Below, one piece after another: positions 58,740 to 64,000 of a stretch of DNA of 64,000 bases; the stretch's first letter is position 1; the number at the start of each line of letters is the position of its first letter. Position numbers and translations under genes: made by a program. The notes under the pieces were generated by a model. The model was not told the origin of the DNA. It was given only the letters and a program-made list of their open reading frames with translations, and did not search any database. Source of the DNA: Leptogorgia sarmentosa (Eukaryota); contig OZ210885.1 in NCBI GenBank assembly GCA_964658305.1, positions 12,462,001 through 12,526,000 of the forward strand, in the 5' to 3' direction.

Positions 58740-59508
58740 CTAATATATATGAAAAAATTTCTCGATTCTGATTGGCTGAAAGCAGTGCAATTTTAAGGAA
58801 ATACAGTGCCAAAAAAGGAAATTCATGTTAATGTCCTATGATTGGCTGAGATTACAAAGCTATCCAATCAGATTAAGTTATTTCTGGCGAACAATAACAA
58901 AATATTAAATTATTCGAGGATTAAATAATGGCTGCCTCTTTGGGTAGATTTTTTTGGCAACAGACAAATGATAGAGGGGCTTAAAAATAGTTTGAAAAAT
59001 GAAAATACCAGGAAAGATATCTATTCTTGTGGTTGCTTGTGCGGAGAAAATGGTGCATTGAAAAGGAAATACAGCGCGAGATACAAAATATTCCGCAAGA
59101 GGTGTTAGATTATATATTTTGCTCGATTGTTTTTATGCTGAACGAAAACTGTGAATTAAAAAAGAATTAAGAAACGACATGAATATGAACCAGACAGCTT
59201 AAAAGTGATATTAACAGCAGTCGATGTTGACAACCTTTTTATAATAAAAGACAAAGATTTCTCTTCGTTCAAGCAAGTGCTCGGTGGACAAGCAAAACAT
59301 CTCCGCATATTAGCGGCCGAACAAAGCGAGACAAGTAAAATCTACTTAAATTCTCATGCTATTTGGAAAAACATACACTCGTGAGTTTGTCAAAGACTTC
59401 AAATTACACTCGTCCTTTGGACTCGTGCAATTTTAATGTCTTTGAAAAACTCACTCGTGCATGTTTTTTTCCAAATTGCACTCGAAACCATACAATTACT
59501 CATACTAA
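58740..59508 (+). mobile_element. Decayed Crypton/DUF3504-like element with a terminal CTCG-bubble hairpin
   Basis: Frameshifted peptides KNENTRK, EYEPDSLKVILTAVD (59181-59225) and IIKDKDFSSFKQVL; TGATTGG near the left end; palindrome at ~59352-59490. Confidence 0.55.
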
Positions 59509-59630
59509 TAACGTCAGATTATAACTATTATTACATCACACACCTTAAACCGCTTTGTGAAGTTGAGAGTGATTTCAGATTTGTTTTAGCCCGTAAATTG
59601 AATATTACTAAATCAATTTTATCTATTCAG

Positions 59631-59814
59631 ATAAATCCAGTGATGGAGAAACTCGATAACATACAATCCACACTGCTTTGCAAAATTAAAGAGGTTGAGA
59701 GGTCTGCAGCTGAGAATTCAATGGAGCTTAAACGTCTGGCGGAGAAAACAGATGAAATCGAATGTCGTCAGAAAAAGCCGAGGACGGAGCATTCAGATTT
59801 TGCAGAGAAAAAAG
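59631..59814 (+). CDS. Coiled-coil exon of the NB-ARC gene (acceptor at 59630 or 59640)
   Basis: VMEKLDNIQSTLLCKIKEVERSAAENSMELKRLAEKTDEIE heptad-like sequence; the phase-1 donor at 59815 fits the next exon. Confidence 0.55.
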
Positions 59815-61828
59815 GTAGTGTTTCAATTAACTAGGAAAGATGGGAATCTATTTATGCAGATTATATTATGCAGGAAAATTTACAGAGTATCAGGCAGCCA
59901 TTTAATTTTCAAAATTTGTCCCCCCAGGAACCTTCCCGGTCTTCAACGTTCTGTTTCTAAGAATTTCTTGTAGGAAAATATCTCGTTAGAGTAAACGGCA
60001 ACAGGAATCCAACATGTCTTCTAACACTTCCCAGATTTAGTGGGAATCCGAAAGCATTGGCAGTGCAGTACGCGCTGTCGCACTCATCATCACTAAAAAT
60101 GAATTTTAATGTTGGGCGGGTTAACTGCGTAGGTCGCAACCAAATAAAAAACGCTCGTGAAAAGTTGACGCAGCTCAATTGCGACAAGAATGCTTAAATG
60201 TTGCTTATTGTAGTTAAATGCTTCTTCTTTTGATTTATGTCCTAAAGTGCCTCATTATCATTTTGATTTATGATATTGAATTTAATTCAGTAACAAACAT
60301 AATAAATACACGAGATTGGATCGGAACTGGATCCAATGCACGGTGCCAGGCTGACAAAAATATACAAACTACTAGGGTAACTATTATAATATTTTTATAC
60401 AAGCATTTAAATAGATAAAATTAGGATTGACAAGGAGACGTCCTATCTAAAGAATATATTAATAAGTACAGGGTAAATCGGGATCGAATGTTGTTGTGAA
60501 AAGTTCCTGATAAGTTTTATACAAGATTTTTGTGTACAAGTTCCAACCTGCGAAAGTTTAATAGAACAGGAAGAGCGTAATTGTATCATACGTTTTATTC
60601 TATTGCACTCTTATGTTAATTTTCATCTATATCTTTGTAGCATGCAAACATTTTATTCTATATTCAATGGCAACTTTCTATGCATGGGCAAGCCCTGCGA
60701 CCCTGTAATTCATATTTCTTCTCCCCCTCTGGAATAGTTCGTGACAACAAGTTTAATAAATTCATGATAACATGTTTCAAACAGTAGCTACAGTTTAGGT
60801 ATAACGGATAACAACATCAATAAACAGCAAAAGCTCTGCTCACTATCAAAGAATAACGCAGATTTAATATTTCCAACAAACACTTGGAAAGGGTATGCAC
60901 CACAATGCAGTAGTTTTTAATTTCAACACGGCGCAAAATAATGAGATTCTCGGCATTTTATAAAGTCAGCAAATCAAAATATATTTCTAATCACCTGAGC
61001 AATTAACATGCAATGCCTTTTAAAATATGGACAATGGCACGAGATAGCGTTACTAAAATGTTACGTTAATATATACAGGATGTATCAAAAGACAATTTTT
61101 AAATCGCTCTCAACTTCGTTAAGCGGCTTAAGGTAAAACGTTTTTGGTTACTTACACATTGCTGGGGTACTTATATATGTGGAAAAAACAAAAACAAATT
61201 AAATTAGAATTTGGAAAAAAAACAAGGGGGGTCTTTTCCAACAGACTACAATTGCTTTTTATAGAAATTAATTCTTTCAACGGACACGTTAATGTTGCCA
61301 CTTCGGGGCAACACACTTCATGAGATCGGTCAACAATTTCCTGTAGTTCTTCAAGATTTGGAATGTTCGAAGTATGTGTTACTACCTCGCATTCAGATTT
61401 AGCACTATCACGCTCTATGACTTTTCCATCAGCTCCGGACATGATTTGTTCGCCATGCAACAATTTGTCTTTTCTCAAAGAGCCAGGTTCAAAGCTTATG
61501 TTATTCATCGGATTGACCTCGTTCATTTAGTAAATATCAACAAACAGTTCTTTTAAGTTATCTGCCACATTATTTTTGAAGGTCAGGATGATTCCATGTG
61601 AGAATAGGTCAGATTTGGATTTCAGAAATTTCTTATATTTGCCTCCTGATGAAATGAGAAAAAGTCTCATTATTTTTGCACGGGATCAATCGCGTGCAAA
61701 AATTGTTCAGAGTAACTACTTGTCCCCCATTCCCCCCTGAAACAATCTTGTAACAACGATATCACGCCATCTGGTTTGCTCAAAAAGATCCGTCGAGGCA
61801 GAATTGTTAAAGGGGGAAGGGGGGAAAT

Positions 61829-62355
61829 CAGTTGCGGAACGCAACCTCTGGGGGCCCTCCGACAGTCGACTACTTTGGGGCCCCCTTTGCTCCACTAATT
61901 AATAGGCTGAATTAACCTCACTTTGTTACAGAATAGACTCGAACCCGAATTTGAATTTAATGAATTTCGCTTCTCTCTTCCAAAGAACAGGTAACGCCGT
62001 AACGGATACACCATAAGTCCCAATTATTAAAAAGTCCCTGTCCCTCCTCTGTGGGAGGAAACCAGATACTAATACGAAATGCGCAATACTTTATTTTATC
62101 GGCGTCGGAAGGCATATGGGAACTTAGACTTTTCACTTAGACTTTGCAGGCTGCGTAGTATTTTTGTTTTTTGCATAATGATAACATAATCACATTAATA
62201 GGCAACTCCACCGGCACTTGCCTATCTGCCTGTTTTTCGTATTTTAATTCCCCAGAAATGTGCTATCAATTTTTTATGTTCATTTTGTCGGGGGCCCCTA
62301 CAGTTCGGGGGCCCCCTGTCACTGGACACCATGACACCCCTCCGTTACGCCACTG
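61829..62355. mobile_element. hAT-like MITE in an intron
   Basis: CAGTTGCGGAAC/GTTACGCCACTG ends; TSD GGGGAAAT/GGGGGAAT. Confidence 0.55.
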
Positions 62356-62493
62356 GGGGGAATGTTAAAACCAATTGAAGAAGATCTGGTTAAATTCATG
62401 TGTGAATATGAGAAAAATGTTTGAAGTAGCTAAAGTCTCATTTTGGCACGGGATTGTAGATATTAGACATATTCCGTCTATTTTGTATTGTAG

Positions 62494-62831
62494 TTGCGTA
62501 TGGATTACGCAGTCTACCTCGTGACATGGTGGAAAGACCATCAGAAGTGAACGACATATTGAAACTACTTACGGAAGGAAATAATCGAGTTGGTGTGGTC
62601 GGGAATCGTAGCGGCGACGTCGTTGGTATTCGTGGTATGGGGGGTCTGGGTAAGACCATCTTAGCTCTGGCTGTCGCTTGGTCTGCCAAAGAATCTCGTC
62701 AAGTAATATGGCTTGATGTTGGAGAAACTCCTGACTGCTTATCACTCATTAACCTGCTCATAAAAGTTCTTGGTGGCGAAGCCTCGTTCACTGACATCCG
62801 GGCAGCGCAATCCTGGGTCACAGCAAACACG
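62494..62831 (+). CDS. NB-ARC exon with Walker A
   Basis: LP..MVER..EV..I...L...VVGIRGMGGLGKTILA...VIWLDVG; AG at 62492-62493 and GTATGT at 62832. Confidence 0.9.
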
Positions 62832-63375
62832 GTATGTGTGAATTATTTGAACTTTTTGTAATACTCATTGATGCGTTATTACACAAAATCATTGTTACGT
62901 TACTGGTGATGCAAATAGCGCGTTATGTAAACTCCCACTGATTCCGCCATAAGAGGAAAACCGAGAAAGTGATTAGCGTGATGAGATGGATATCAGGTTT
63001 TTTCGTTGCAAAGTAACGAACACACATGTAAGCTTTTCACCACTTACAGTATGCCTATGACAAAGACGAGAATACACTAGGTGAGGGTCGCCCTTTTAAT
63101 CAGTACCATACATAGCCCGATAATGCGCGGGGATCATATTCATGTATATTCGTATTCTTAATGACTTTTTCGAAATCTAGTGTCTTTGAACTTTGTAAAC
63201 GCGGATATATGATTGTGCCTTCTCCAATTACCGGTTGGCTACCCATCTATTGATAATTCTGAAGTAGTGGCAACGTTGCTTCAGCTTCGATCCAGTTAAT
63301 CTTACCCATGCGACAAGAAACTCGAAAAGCATCAGCACAGCGACAGTATGTAAAGCAGTTTTGTATGTATTGCAG

Positions 63376-64000
63376 AGTGAAAAAGATTGCTTGGTGATTC
63401 TTGATGATGTTTGGAGTGTAAACCACGCTTCTGTATTTGATCATCTCTCTGGAAAATGCCAATTATTAATAACTACAAGGAATTCTGAAGTTGTTCGCGG
63501 TTTACGAGGTTCTGCTTTGTATAAACTCAATTTTCTAAAACGGACTGGATCTTACAAGCTCTTGTATCAAAGCGCCCAAGTCACCGAGGACGAGCAGTCC
63601 GAGTTTAGCTCAAACATGCGACGAATTATAGAGGAAATGTTAAACCATTGTGGCGATCTACCGCTAGCTCTGTCCCTTGTGGGTTCAAGTTTAGCCGACA
63701 CTCGCGACGAACAAGACTGGGAAGACGTTTTAAATGACCTCAAAAAAGCAGACTTGGTAAAATTACGTTCAATATATCCCGCCGAAGCTTATCCTTACGA
63801 TAACGTCTTAACAGCCATTAACGCCAGCTTTCAACATTTGGACGAAGAAATACGAGAAAAGTTTCTAGATTTCGCTTTATTTCCGGAAGATACGGATGTA
63901 CCATTAGACATTCTTGAGCTGTTTTGGTCTTCCAAAGTAGCCGGAAGAACTTCGTGCAGCCGTCGTGAAGGAAGACGTATACTTGATGAGCTCGAAAAGA
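63376..64000 (+). CDS. NB-ARC exon (Walker B to winged helix); runs off the window and is missing from the ORF track
   Basis: Phase-0 join; CLVILDDVW, LLITTRN, CGDLPLAL and FALFPED.DVP...L..FW motifs; open to 64000. Confidence 0.92.

Noticed and set aside
61152..61526. 124-aa minus-strand ORF in the NB-ARC intron
   Set aside because: No recognisable domain; it cannot be supported.

Overview
AT-rich eukaryotic (invertebrate animal; the repeat and gene content suggest an anthozoan cnidarian, which is inference) genomic DNA, not prokaryotic. (1) Positions ~0.4-15.4 kb, ~18.1 kb and ~37.3-44.1 kb hold a dense, scrambled cluster of nuclear tRNA genes and pseudogenes for 12 amino acids (Val, Cys, Ser, Asn, His, Thr, Gly, Glu, Gln, intron-containing Leu, Trp, Pro), built from duplicated modules. 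(2) An apparently intact Bel/Pao LTR retrotransposon (20764-27066, minus strand, 1898-aa ORF, tRNA-Lys PBS) is followed by a 26-bp satellite with a 650-bp higher-order period. (3) There is a class A GPCR gene with two coding exons (32459-33819). (4) Many non-autonomous DNA elements are present (Tc1/mariner-, Harbinger- and hAT-type MITEs, and an IS3EU-like deletion derivative nested in a decayed Penelope-like element that carries hammerhead motifs). (5) A spliced gene from 55.7 kb to the window end appears to join an N-terminal RxxxxH (HEPN-like) domain, a coiled coil and an APAF-1/plant-R-type NB-ARC ATPase. (6) A dispersed family of sequence-divergent long hairpins shares one structural code (CTCG-facing-CTCG bubbles and a cGNAg apex); one member caps a decayed Crypton/DUF3504-like ORF. 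All coordinates were read by eye and may be off by a few bases.
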